IMG/VR virus record: IMGVR_UViG_3300046792_000272
Length of the DNA stretch: 64,000 bases
Origin: an uncultured virus (IMG/VR IMGVR_UViG_3300046792_000272)
Lineage: Duplodnaviria > Heunggongvirae > Uroviricota > Caudoviricetes
Strand: one strand, 5' to 3'
The notes below the pieces were generated by a model, which saw nothing but the letters and a program-made list of their open reading frames with translations, had not been told where the DNA came from and searched no databases. Within the stretch, counting starts at the first letter, position 1. Each line of letters starts with the position of its first letter. The position numbers were made by a program, and so were the translations under genes. Positions 30,223 to 38,799 of the stretch are shown piece by piece.

Positions 30223-30915
30223 TCGTCTCGGCTCCTTCTGGTCGTGAGTTGGGCTGGGTCGCCGACGTCGCCGTGGGAGCGAAGTTCGCTTCACACAGAC
30301 GGCGCGCGTGCGGATTGGGCCGGACGCTCCCGGCTGATCTCGGCGCAACTTCCGCCGGACTCGTTGAAGGGCGTTGTCGATTGACTTCTCGTTGACGCCG
30401 GCGCGGTCGGCGATCTCCTCATAGGGAAGGCCCTGAGCGAAGCCGAGAATCGCCTCGCGCTCGATCTCGCTCAGGCCTAGGCCTTGGATCACATTCCGGA
30501 CCCGGTGCAACTCTTCGCGCAGGAAGAGCTGCTCATCGGGGCCGGGAGCTCGGTCGGCGATCACCTCGGCCAGGGTCAGGGTGTCTCTGTCGCCGTCACC
30601 GACCGGCTGCGAGAGCAGCGCCGCATGGTTCAGGGGCCCATGCTTGCCCCGGGTCGCGCCCTTCACCGCGGTGATCACCTGACGTTTCACGCAAAGGTGG
30701 GCGAAGGTGCCGAAGTTGGCACCCTTCCCGGGGCGATAGTCCCGGACAGCTTTGTGGAGGCCATAGAGCGCTTCCTGCCGGAGATCAGCGCGCTCGTGGC
30801 CGGGGGCGAAGTAGTCGCGAACCGTCGCCTCGAGCATTCCCCTATAGCGATCGATCAGTCGCCGGAAGGCGAGTTCGTCACCGCCGCGGGCCCGGAGGAC
30901 CAGGGCGGTGCTCAT
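30223..30915 (-). CDS. RNA polymerase sigma factor, SigH (Spo0H)-like; 3' end uncertain
   Basis: DL.QE...GL.KAVRDY, FA.LCVKRQVITAVK.ATR.KH.PLN, KSIDNALQRVRRKL match Firmicutes SigH. Confidence 0.85.
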
Positions 30916-31439
30916 ATCGCCACCTCCCGCTTCGGGCTCTCCTCTTCGAGCCGCATCTGCATGAAGTCGGGGAGGCCGCCCACATACGCGAGCAGCTCGG
31001 GACTGAGCTCCTCGAAGTAGATGTAGTCGACCCGGCCCTCCACCTGGTTGTGGGCCAGTCGGCAGAGAGGGGCGCCGATCAGGGGGTTGAAGAGGATCGG
31101 CAGCAGCTCCTCCTCCTCGAGCTCGGAGAAGCGGAGGCGGATGAAGTCCTTTGGGATCAGGTGGTGAGCGTCGAGCGGGTAGTCGCAGACGTGATCCTCG
31201 CGGTGGCGATGGAAGAAGCAGGGCCACTGCATGACGGCGCGGTTGAAGTCCTCGCGGGCCCGGCGTTCGGCTGCGGATTCGCTGCGGCGGGATCGCGAGA
31301 GGGAGGAGAGGTTGTCAGTCGCCGGCGGGGGCGGATTACAATGATCGCCGCGGTGGACTGGGCAAACCCGTTCCCCTGGCGGGGGGTTGCCGCCAACCTT
31401 GAAGACGTGGCCGCCGTCCTCTGGGCAGTAGAGCTTCAT
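30912..31439 (-). CDS. HNH-like nuclease / Zn-binding protein
   Basis: DAHHLIP...LCRLAHN. Confidence 0.55.
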   Translation of the reverse strand: MKLYCPEDGGHVFKVGGNPPPGERVCPVHRGDHCNPPPPATDNLSSLSRSRRSESAAERRAREDFNRAVMQWPCFFHRHREDHVCDYPLDAHHLIPKDFIRLRFSELEEEELLPILFNPLIGAPLCRLAHNQVEGRVDYIYFEELSPELLAYVGGLPDFMQMRLEEESPKREVAI

Positions 31440-31702
31440 CGCAGCTGCTCCGTCCCCGGCGGCTTGCCCAGGGGGACGTGCGTTGTGCCGATGGCGACCG
31501 GCGGGTGCCCATCGCCCCAGACGAAGAGCTCAAGGTTGGCGCCGTGGGCGATCGCCTGCCGCTCCTCCTTGGTCGGCTCCCAGACAGAGGAGATCATCGG
31601 TCCCTGGCTGCTATTCCGACGCTCGACCCAGAGATCGTTGTCTTCGGTCCCACCCAGCAGCCTGAAGACGAAGTTGCTGTCGTAGGTTCGGCGGGGCTTC
31701 AC
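31436..31702 (-). CDS. Hypothetical phage protein
   Basis: S.WEPT.EER.AIA.G.N..L.V....HPPV; start/stop overlaps. Confidence 0.65.
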   Translation of the reverse strand: MKPRRTYDSNFVFRLLGGTEDNDLWVERRNSSQGPMISSVWEPTKEERQAIAHGANLELFVWGDGHPPVAIGTTHVPLGKPPGTEQLR

Positions 31703-31923
31703 CGACTCGCCCCCTGTGACAGAGCGAGCTCGGGCACCTCAGCGAGGTGGCTGCGGATCAGGTCGATCGTGTTGGCTTTGCGCTCGATTCGCGTGGCCGC
31801 TTCGATCCGAAGTTCCTCGTAGACGGCCAGGTCATGAAGGGCGGTGAGGCGCTTGCGGACCGTGACCAGGTCCGCATCGATCTCCTCGAGCTCGTTGAGG
31901 AAGGTGTCGCTGACGGTGGGCAT
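31699..31923 (-). CDS. Hypothetical protein
   Basis: TGATG overlap with the upstream gene. Confidence 0.55.
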   Translation of the reverse strand: MPTVSDTFLNELEEIDADLVTVRKRLTALHDLAVYEELRIEAATRIERKANTIDLIRSHLAEVPELALSQGASR

Positions 31924-32582
31924 CAGGCCGGCCGCTTCCCGGTGCATCCCTCGCAAGCTTGTTCCCGTTGAAGCCGGTCTATCTCGGCGGCGATGAGAGC
32001 GCCAGCCTTGACGAGGCTGCGAATGGGGTCGCCGGGAGTCGGCTTGAACCATTCGGCATTCCACGGCCAGTTCATTGGCGTCACCTTCCCGCCGCCCCTC
32101 CCGATCCACTCGCCATCGGGCGAATCGAGGTAGCCCTTAGCGGCAAGACGGATCTCGCCATACTTGTGCTGGTCGTCGTGCTCTGGTGTCCACCCCTCCT
32201 CGTTGACCTGTCGCTCGCGCTCGGCCGCAATCAGGCCAGCGCCGGCCTGCCCCTCCCGCGCCTCAGCTAATAGCTGCTCGGCGTGGTCTGCTCGGGTCTC
32301 GGCTTCCTTCAACTCGTCGTCCGCTTCCATGCAGCGCCCTTCCCAACGAGAGACCCGCTGGAACTCCTCATTCTTCTCCCGCTCCAGCTCCTCGACCTTG
32401 GCTAGGGGGACGACAGGGACCGCTTGCGTCGGCCCGTGACTCTCTCCGAACTTGCCGCCGCAGTTCTTTATGTCGCGCAATAGCGAACTCGTTGGACCAA
32501 TCGCACCGCAGGCAAGGCACCGGGCAACCTCGACGCCGCTCTCGGGCCAGCCCTCCGGTATCTCAGCTTTCAGGTGGGTCAT
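31923..32582 (-). CDS. Conserved phage protein
   Basis: IAAERERQ...EGWTPEHDDQH...LVKAGALIAAEIDRL motif; GGAGGAG RBS. Confidence 0.75.
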   Translation of the reverse strand: MTHLKAEIPEGWPESGVEVARCLACGAIGPTSSLLRDIKNCGGKFGESHGPTQAVPVVPLAKVEELEREKNEEFQRVSRWEGRCMEADDELKEAETRADHAEQLLAEAREGQAGAGLIAAERERQVNEEGWTPEHDDQHKYGEIRLAAKGYLDSPDGEWIGRGGGKVTPMNWPWNAEWFKPTPGDPIRSLVKAGALIAAEIDRLQREQACEGCTGKRPA

Positions 32583-32595
32583 TGGCTCCTCCCAT

Positions 32596-33093
32596 CTAGC
32601 TCGCCCCCCAGCTGCGCCGGGCCCGGACCAGCGCGGGACCGGGAATCTCGAGGCGCCCGCAGGGTGGCGATTCGCCGGCCGAGGAGTCGGGCAGTACGAA
32701 GCGGGGCGCATCATCGGGCGGGATCTCCGGTGGCGCCAGGAGGCGATCGTCTGACCAGCGGACGTGGGTCATCGAACCCTCGCAGGGCCGCAGGTTGGTC
32801 AGCTCGGGGTTGACCTCCTCGCCCTCCGGCGCCCGCCAGGCCGGGCAGCTGATCACGAAGGGCACTGGCAGCGCCAGGCCGGCCTGCTTCAGTGCCCCTG
32901 GCCCTTCGAGGCCGAGCGCGAGGTAGACCTCCCACTCGAAGCCGCAGTCCTCACAGCGGTAGTTCATGGTCAAGCCGCAGAGCGAGCCCACGGCCTGGTC
33001 GATCAGCGCCGCCAGGACGGTCCAATCCTCGGCTGGCCAGGGGCCCTGTCCTTGGTCGATCCTCGCTGCAGCCTTCTCGTACTCGTTCACCAT
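32596..33093 (-). CDS. Hypothetical Zn-ribbon protein
   Basis: YRCEDCG. Confidence 0.55.
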   Translation of the reverse strand: MVNEYEKAAARIDQGQGPWPAEDWTVLAALIDQAVGSLCGLTMNYRCEDCGFEWEVYLALGLEGPGALKQAGLALPVPFVISCPAWRAPEGEEVNPELTNLRPCEGSMTHVRWSDDRLLAPPEIPPDDAPRFVLPDSSAGESPPCGRLEIPGPALVRARRSWGAS

Positions 33094-33266
33094 TTCTCCC
33101 TCCCAGGATCGGCTCCGTTTTCGAGGCGATGCTTGGCCCGGCGCGCGGTTCGCTTCACGGTCGCCAGATAGGCGTACTCGCTGACGCTGATCCCGTTGGC
33201 CGTGGCTCGTTCTTCGACGAGCTGCTTGTCCTCGGCGCTCATGTAGACCGTGATCGGGACGCTCAT
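33087..33266 (-). CDS. Ribbon-helix-helix (Arc/CopG-like) DNA-binding protein, 59 aa, absent from the ORF track
   Basis: My translation: MSVPITVYMSAEDKQLVEERATANGISVSEYAYLA...; ATGA overlap. Confidence 0.7.
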   Translation of the reverse strand: MSVPITVYMSAEDKQLVEERATANGISVSEYAYLATVKRTARRAKHRLENGADPGREKW

Positions 33267-33478
33267 CGGTTGGCCTGGCGCTCGAAGGCCCGGTCAGCCG
33301 ACCCGTAGCAGCGGGGGACGCCGCACACCCGGCAGATCGTCATCGTCTCCTCGGGCCAGCGGTATTCCTCGCCGAGGACATCGCCGAGCCGCAGCGTGAT
33401 CCAACCGTGGTCGGGCAGGCGGCAGCCCTCGACAAGCTCGCGGTCGTACCCGCCGCCGAGCCAGAATTTGCGGCTCAT
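33263..33478 (-). CDS. Small Cys/His-rich hypothetical protein
   Basis: ICRVCG; ATGA overlaps. Confidence 0.5.
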   Translation of the reverse strand: MSRKFWLGGGYDRELVEGCRLPDHGWITLRLGDVLGEEYRWPEETMTICRVCGVPRCYGSADRAFERQANR

Positions 33479-33854
33479 TCGGACCTGCCGGGTGGTAGCT
33501 GGCGGGCAAATGGTGGCCGGCCAGCTACCAGTTTGCTACTGGTTCGCCGGTTCCGAGCCTCGGAATCGCCCTTCGGGTGAAGTCGGCGCTGTGCGTCCAG
33601 GGCGGCCTCGATCGCCGCCCTGAAGCCGAATCGGAGGTTTCTGTCCCGAGTTGTCCCGCGTTGGGTCGGAGACTTACTGAGTCGGGGCGATAGGTTTCCA
33701 ACTGCGAGTCGCCCGCTCCCCAGGTCCAGGTCGCGGCGCCTCATCCGATCGTCTCCGCCCTAGCTGTGTCTGCCCAACAAATACCGAAACCTAGGGGCGT
33801 ATACCCGTCGAGGGCCCTCGACATGGCCCTTCGCCCTTCATAGCGTCGGATCGA

Positions 33855-35279
33855 GTGAATCTCGATGGCTACATTCGAGTATCGCGGGTCGGCGGTCGCG
33901 AGGGAGAGCGCTTTATCTCGCCGGAGGATCAGCGGGAACAGATCGATCGCTGGGCGAAGCTGCGCGGAGTCTCCATCGCCAACTGGGAGACCGACCTTGA
34001 TCAGACTGGCCAGGTGTTGAGCCGGCCCGGTCTTGATCGCATCCTCGAGCGGATCCGCACCGGTCAGACCGGCGGCCTGGTCGTCGCCTACATCGATCGC
34101 TTTTCCCGCGCCGGCGTCGCCGATGCACTGAAGCTGGTCGAGCAGATCGTCGAGGACGGGGGCACCTTCGCCGCGGTCGACCTCGGCCTTGACCCGACAA
34201 CTCCCTTCGGCGAGTTCGGCCTGACGATCATGCTTGGCCTCTCGAGGATGCGAGGGCGCCAGATCGGGGACCGCTGGTATGGCTCCCGCAAGATGGCGGT
34301 CGACCGCGGCGTATTCGTCGGCGGCTTTGTGCCGGTCGGGCTGCGCAAGCGGGAGGACGGACGGCTCGAGCCCGATCCGACGGTGCGCCGTGATCTGATC
34401 GCCGAGCTCTTCGGGCGCCGGGCTGGCCGGGAATCCTGGTCGAAACTCGCGGCGTGGCTCTCGGCCGAGCTCGGTGACGAGGTCAGCATCCCGCGTGTGC
34501 GAGCGGTGATCGCCAACCGGGTCTACCTCGGCGAGGTGAACGGCGGCCAGGGGCTCGTCAACCGCTCGGCCCACAAGCCCCTGGTCGATCGCGCTCTGTT
34601 CGAGCAGGCCAACTCCGTCCGCGGTGTCGTGCCGGCGAGAAGCGGCAGGGCTTCCGGTCTGCTGTCGGGCCTTCTGCGCTGCGCCGGCTGCCGCTACGCG
34701 ATGAAGGCCTCGATGAACGCGGGTGCCGGCGGCCTCGAATACAGGTGCAAGGCGAATCGCCGCGAAACGACCGAGCGCTGTCCGTCGCCGTCGTCGGTCT
34801 CGGCGCACCTGATCGACGGGCTGGTGCTCGAGCAGTTCTGGGAGTGGATCCGACGAGCCCGGGCGACCCAGCTCGAGGGCTCGAAGGCGGTCGAGGAAGC
34901 TGAGGGGCAGCTGCTCGGCGCCGAGGCGGAGCTCGATGCTGTCTTGGACACGCGGCTCTCGGAGGCTCTCGGCAGCGATTCCGAGCGCTACCTCGAGCTC
35001 ATCGCCGATCGCCAGGGCCTCGTCGACGCCGCCAAGGGCGATCTCATCGCAGCCCAGCGCGCCCAGGTCGCGCTCCCGGGCAGCGATGTCGCCGATATCT
35101 GGCCGGATCTCGATCTCCATGAGCGTCGTCGTCTCCTTGCCTCAGCCCTTGACTGCGTGTTTGTTCGCCGCGGCCGGGACCTTGCGAGGCGGACGCACCT
35201 TTGCTGGCGCGGTGAGGCGCCGGACCTTCCCCGAAGCGGAGCGCGCTGGACGCCGGTCCCATTCGACTTTCCAGCGTGA
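33855..35279 (+). CDS. Large serine recombinase (integrase)
   Basis: YIRVS catalytic motif, SPEDQ, RPGL, DRFSR, recombinase domain, LSGLLRCAGC Zn ribbon, coiled coil. Confidence 0.95.
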   Translation: MNLDGYIRVSRVGGREGERFISPEDQREQIDRWAKLRGVSIANWETDLDQTGQVLSRPGLDRILERIRTGQTGGLVVAYIDRFSRAGVADALKLVEQIVEDGGTFAAVDLGLDPTTPFGEFGLTIMLGLSRMRGRQIGDRWYGSRKMAVDRGVFVGGFVPVGLRKREDGRLEPDPTVRRDLIAELFGRRAGRESWSKLAAWLSAELGDEVSIPRVRAVIANRVYLGEVNGGQGLVNRSAHKPLVDRALFEQANSVRGVVPARSGRASGLLSGLLRCAGCRYAMKASMNAGAGGLEYRCKANRRETTERCPSPSSVSAHLIDGLVLEQFWEWIRRARATQLEGSKAVEEAEGQLLGAEAELDAVLDTRLSEALGSDSERYLELIADRQGLVDAAKGDLIAAQRAQVALPGSDVADIWPDLDLHERRRLLASALDCVFVRRGRDLARRTHLCWRGEAPDLPRSGARWTPVPFDFPA

Positions 35280-35345
35280 GCCCGTCCGCTCGTACATGAT
35301 CTGAGTGAAGGTGTGCTCGAAGCTCTTGCGGGCCTCGTCGTTCAC
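35142..35345 (-). CDS. Small basic protein overlapping the recombinase 3' end in antisense (candidate RDF)
   Basis: GTGA overlap with 35342..35566; last gene of the early operon before the recombinase. Confidence 0.4.
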   Translation of the reverse strand: MNDEARKSFEHTFTQIMYERTGSRWKVEWDRRPARSASGKVRRLTAPAKVRPPRKVPAAANKHAVKG

Positions 35346-35566
35346 ACCGGCTCCTCGACCGCGATCTCGGCGACGACCAGGTCCCTGACGACCATGCCGC
35401 CGAGCCACATTTCCGGGCCCATCCGAGCCTTCACCAGGTCGTCGAAGATCTTGTCGGCGGTCTCGCGCGAGTAGGTCGACGCGCAGCGATAGCGGCCGTC
35501 CTGGAGCCAGCGGACCTGGAAGGGCATCGGCCCGTGTGGGAAGAGACGGGAGACGCGCTCGCTCAC
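35342..35566 (-). CDS. Hypothetical protein
   Basis: GTGA overlap chain. Confidence 0.55.
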   Translation of the reverse strand: MSERVSRLFPHGPMPFQVRWLQDGRYRCASTYSRETADKIFDDLVKARMGPEMWLGGMVVRDLVVAEIAVEEPV

Positions 35567-35772
35567 TGAGTGAAGCCCTCCAGCATCGGTTCCCGCAGGA
35601 TCGATTCAAGCCGGTCGATCGCATCCGAGGCATCGCAGGACCAGTAGACCTGGGGCGGCTCTATGCGGGCCTGCCTCGCCAGAGCGGCGAGGCGATGGCG
35701 CTGGGCGGGTGTGGCCGGCCAGCGCAAGCGGCGGGTCCGCTCCGCGGCGATGAAGGGGGCGGATCGCTTCAC
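35563..35772 (-). CDS. Hypothetical protein
   Basis: PATPAQ...L..LA motif; overlap chain. Confidence 0.55.
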   Translation of the reverse strand: MKRSAPFIAAERTRRLRWPATPAQRHRLAALARQARIEPPQVYWSCDASDAIDRLESILREPMLEGFTQ

Positions 35773-36569
35773 GCAGTCGCCCCTGCAGGAACGGGAAGGG
35801 CTTCCAACTCGGCAATGAGGCGGTCAGCCTCTCGGTCGAACGCCGCCGACCGCGCCGCCGACCGCGCCGACTCCGCCGCCGACCGCGCCGACTCCGCCGC
35901 CGACCGCGCCGACCGCGCCGCCGACCGCGCCGACTCCGCCGCCGACCGCGCCGACCGCGCCGCCGACCGCGCCGCCGACTCCGCCGCCGACTCCGCCGCC
36001 GACCGCGCCGCCGACCACGCCGACCGCGCCGCCGACTCCGCCGCCGACTCCGCCGCCGACCGCGCCGCCGAAACGTTTTGCTTACCTTCAAGCGCCGCGA
36101 TGACCTTCTCGATGGCGGCGACCACCTCACCTCGAATCGACTCTGGCCACTGACCGCTGAGGGGCAAGCACTCCTCCTTCAGCCGGCAAATGGCGAGGCG
36201 GTCGGCCAAGCCGTCGAAGTCGGCCCCGACCGGGATCGCCTCGGCGAAGCGGCGGGGCCACTCGGCTGCTTTCTCCTTCGGCAGCCCCTCGAAGATCTTG
36301 TCCTCCAGGTGGGCGAGCCAGGTGGGGAGGCCGAACAGCTCGGGGTAGAGCGCATGAAGGTCGTCCGTCGTCCGCTGCTCCACTGTCGCGGCCGAGTGGA
36401 CTGAGCAGCCCACTGCACACCGTTCGTAGTGGCCGTTGGCCTTGCGGCCGTAGGTGCCCTGCACGATCGCGTCGGCTTTCTCGTGGGCGCCGATGTTCGC
36501 CAGGAGCACGTCCTTGGTGGGCTGCTCGCCGTGGTAGGCGCGCAGAGGTTCGGTTGTCGTCTCGGGCAT
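35769..36569 (-). CDS. Phage protein with C-terminal SAAR/SAAE low-complexity repeats
   Basis: CAVGC, LA.LED.IFEGLP motifs plus repeat tract. Confidence 0.75.
   Translation of the reverse strand: MPETTTEPLRAYHGEQPTKDVLLANIGAHEKADAIVQGTYGRKANGHYERCAVGCSVHSAATVEQRTTDDLHALYPELFGLPTWLAHLEDKIFEGLPKEKAAEWPRRFAEAIPVGADFDGLADRLAICRLKEECLPLSGQWPESIRGEVVAAIEKVIAALEGKQNVSAARSAAESAAESAARSAWSAARSAAESAAESAARSAARSARSAAESARSAARSARSAAESARSAAESARSAARSAAFDREADRLIAELEALPVPAGATA
35842..36070. repeat. Coding tandem repeat of 9/12-bp units (gccgaccgc / gccgactcc)
   Basis: Directly visible. Confidence 0.95.
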
Positions 36570-36787
36570 CAGCTCTCCTCGCTGGAATCGTTGTCGTCGT
36601 CCTGGTGTGCGTCGAAGATCTCCTTGGCGCGCCGGAGGTTGACCGCGCAGCCCGCGTGGATCCAGCCGCGCTTCTCATCGCGCGCGATGTAGTCCTCGCC
36701 GGCGACGATCCGCCCCGAGCAGACCTTGCAGCGTCCATTCCGGCGGGCCAGCATTTCCGGGGCTTGGATGAGCTCAGCCACGGTCAC
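36569..36787 (-). CDS. Small Zn-finger protein
   Basis: C..C.G.I..GE......HAGC. Confidence 0.65.
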   Translation of the reverse strand: MTVAELIQAPEMLARRNGRCKVCSGRIVAGEDYIARDEKRGWIHAGCAVNLRRAKEIFDAHQDDDNDSSEES

Positions 36788-37509
36788 GCCCCCTTGCCTC
36801 CGAGACGGCGGTCGCCGCCCTCCATTCGAACCACACGGCAGCGGGCGAGCCGGGACATCAGCGGCTCGCCGAAGCGCTCGCCGATCTCGGAGAGCTTCAG
36901 GTTCGTCGTCACCAGCATCGGGGCGCCAGCCTGGTCGCGGGCATCGATCGCGGAGAAGAGCTGCTCGCGGCCGAACTCGGTCGGCCGGGCCTTGTCGAAG
37001 TCATCGAGGACGACGGGACCGGAGCCGGCGAAGACCCGGACGGCCTCCAGACGGCCCTCGTCGGTGTAGGCGGAGCCGAGCCGGGCCATGGCGCGGGCGA
37101 TCGAGACGTAGGTGCAGCTCCAGCGCTCGAGGCGGGTCCAACAGGCCGCGGCGGCGAGTCGCGTCTTGCCGATGCCAACCTCGCCGGCGAGCATCAGGCC
37201 GCCGGCATCCTCGGTCTTCGCCCAGTCGGTTGCGGCTGCATGGGCAGCCTCCTGGCCGGGCGCCACCGGGAAGTACTCGAGCAGCTCGCCGCGGAGGGGG
37301 CGAGGGAGCTGGCACCTACCGCGCCGCGCGTCGCGGGCCTGGTGGCGCTCGCGCTCGGCCTGATCGGCGTCGGCTCGCTCAGCGCATTCGTCGCACAGCG
37401 CCTTCGCGGCCATCCGCCGCAGCCAGCGGGCGGCGCCGCTGTCGCCATCGGGCACGGGAAGCGTCAGCTCGGTGCCGCAACCGCTGCAGATCGTGGTGAC
37501 CGTGCTCAC
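36784..37509 (-). CDS. DnaC/IstB-like helicase-loader ATPase
   Basis: GEVGIGKT, VLDD, VTTN, MSRL, GGDRR; N-terminal Zn motif. Confidence 0.9.
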   Translation of the reverse strand: MSTVTTICSGCGTELTLPVPDGDSGAARWLRRMAAKALCDECAERADADQAERERHQARDARRGRCQLPRPLRGELLEYFPVAPGQEAAHAAATDWAKTEDAGGLMLAGEVGIGKTRLAAAACWTRLERWSCTYVSIARAMARLGSAYTDEGRLEAVRVFAGSGPVVLDDFDKARPTEFGREQLFSAIDARDQAGAPMLVTTNLKLSEIGERFGEPLMSRLARCRVVRMEGGDRRLGGKGA

Positions 37510-38375
37510 GCGGCCGGCTCCATGACCTCGTCGTAGCGGGCGAACTTCGATCCGCCGCCGCCGGGTGCGTCCCCGTTGCTGGCCTGCATGCAGCGCTCGA
37601 ACTGCGCGGCGCTGCCGTAGATGACCTCTGGCCCGGGGTGACCCGACCACCAGGGCGAGCGGAAGGTGGCGGCGATGATGGCGCGGTGGGCCTCGGCAGA
37701 GAGCCCGGCGTGTTCGCGGATCCGGCCGACGATCGGGGTGAGGTGGGCGCCGACGGTGTAGGTCGTCCGCGCCGCCTGGTTGAAGGCCTCGATGATCGCC
37801 GTCGCGGTCGAGTGCTCGGAATCGGTGACCGGCTTTCGGTTGACCCGGGGACGCGCACTAGTCTGTGTTGACGTATCCCTTGACGTATCCCCTATAGAGA
37901 CCGAGTCCGAATGTTCGGACCCTTTCTGTCCGGATCCTCGGACCCTTTGTTTTCGTGCCTGGTCCGAGCTCTCGGACCCTTTCGATTTGGCATCAGTCCG
38001 AATGTTCGGACCCTTTCTGTCCGGATCCTCGGACCCTTTGTTTTCGTGCCTGGTCCGAGCTCTCGGACCCTTTCTCATCCGCTGTTCAGCCTCGGAAACG
38101 TCGCCGTCGAGGCCCGGGAGTTTCAGCCAACGGAGGCTCGGCTTGCCCCGGCCGCCGCCGCCCTCGAGAATGGCCAGTTGGCCCGTCTTCTCGATCTCGC
38201 GGAGGACTTCGAAGATCGTCGCGCGCTTCATCCGGGTCTTCCTCATCAGCTCCTTGATCCCGGACCAGGCGATCCCATGTTCGTCGGCGCGATTGGCGAG
38301 GGCAAGCATCGTCACCCGCTGGCGCTGGGTGCCCTCGAAGTACTTCCAGACGGCGTTGTAGGCCTCAACGCTCAC
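37506..38375 (-). CDS. Replication initiator (N-terminal HTH, internal iterons)
   Basis: LALANRADE.G.AW.G...L HTH; upstream of the DnaC-like gene. Confidence 0.85.
   Translation of the reverse strand: MSVEAYNAVWKYFEGTQRQRVTMLALANRADEHGIAWSGIKELMRKTRMKRATIFEVLREIEKTGQLAILEGGGGRGKPSLRWLKLPGLDGDVSEAEQRMRKGPRARTRHENKGSEDPDRKGPNIRTDAKSKGSESSDQARKQRVRGSGQKGSEHSDSVSIGDTSRDTSTQTSARPRVNRKPVTDSEHSTATAIIEAFNQAARTTYTVGAHLTPIVGRIREHAGLSAEAHRAIIAATFRSPWWSGHPGPEVIYGSAAQFERCMQASNGDAPGGGGSKFARYDEVMEPAA
37904..38074. repeat. Two 80-bp direct repeats holding six palindromic iterons (probable ori)
   Basis: 37904-37983 equals 37995-38074; unit GTCCG-N-CGGACCCTTT. Confidence 0.85.
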
Positions 38376-38590
38376 GCGGGCGCCTCGGCTTCCTCGATCA
38401 CCGTGTCGATCTCGACGCCCCACTCGACGGCGACCGCCATCGCCTCGTCGAGCTCGGCCTCATGTTCATCGAGCTGCTCATAGGTGAGGTCGGGGTTCTC
38501 GACAGCCCGCGAGACCTTCATCCAGGCCACCACCAGCTTGCCCCGGGCCCAGGCCTTGCGCTCCCGGGAGATCTGGGCCCCGGACTTCAC
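38372..38590 (-). CDS. Hypothetical protein
   Basis: GTGA overlap chain. Confidence 0.6.
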   Translation of the reverse strand: MKSGAQISRERKAWARGKLVVAWMKVSRAVENPDLTYEQLDEHEAELDEAMAVAVEWGVEIDTVIEEAEAPA

Positions 38591-38799
38591 AGCTCGCCCC
38601 CGAGGAGCATCTGGTGTGCGCTGTCGCGGAGGACGCGACGGACCTGGCGGGCGCTCGCGGAGAAGTAGCCGACCCCGCGGGCGAGCGGCCTGATCGGTAT
38701 TCGCCCTCGCTCAGGGGCGCCGGTGACCGTCGCCTTGAAGCGGCGGCCGCGGATGTTGACCTCGACCTGGTCGCCGGTGTGGAGGTCGGCGAGCTTCAC
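38587..38799 (-). CDS. Hypothetical SH3-like protein
   Basis: GTGA overlap chain; GD.VEV motif. Confidence 0.6.
   Translation of the reverse strand: MKLADLHTGDQVEVNIRGRRFKATVTGAPERGRIPIRPLARGVGYFSASARQVRRVLRDSAHQMLLGGEL

Noticed and set aside
29815..31227. 470-aa ORF as a single gene starting at 31227
   Set aside because: The first 104 codons overlap the HNH-like gene; the sigma starts at ATG 30915 with an SD and an ATGA overlap.
33741..35120. 459-aa minus-strand ORF
   Set aside because: Antisense shadow of the serine recombinase with no recognisable motifs.
35842..36070. Poly-Arg (35606..36130) and Gly/Val (35824..36018) ORFs, or a DGR-type repeat
   Set aside because: Alternative frames of one coding repeat; no reverse transcriptase or TR/VR pair seen.
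37904..38074. Possible CRISPR array
   Set aside because: Spacers are too short and duplicated, the repeats sit inside a replication gene, and there are no cas genes.
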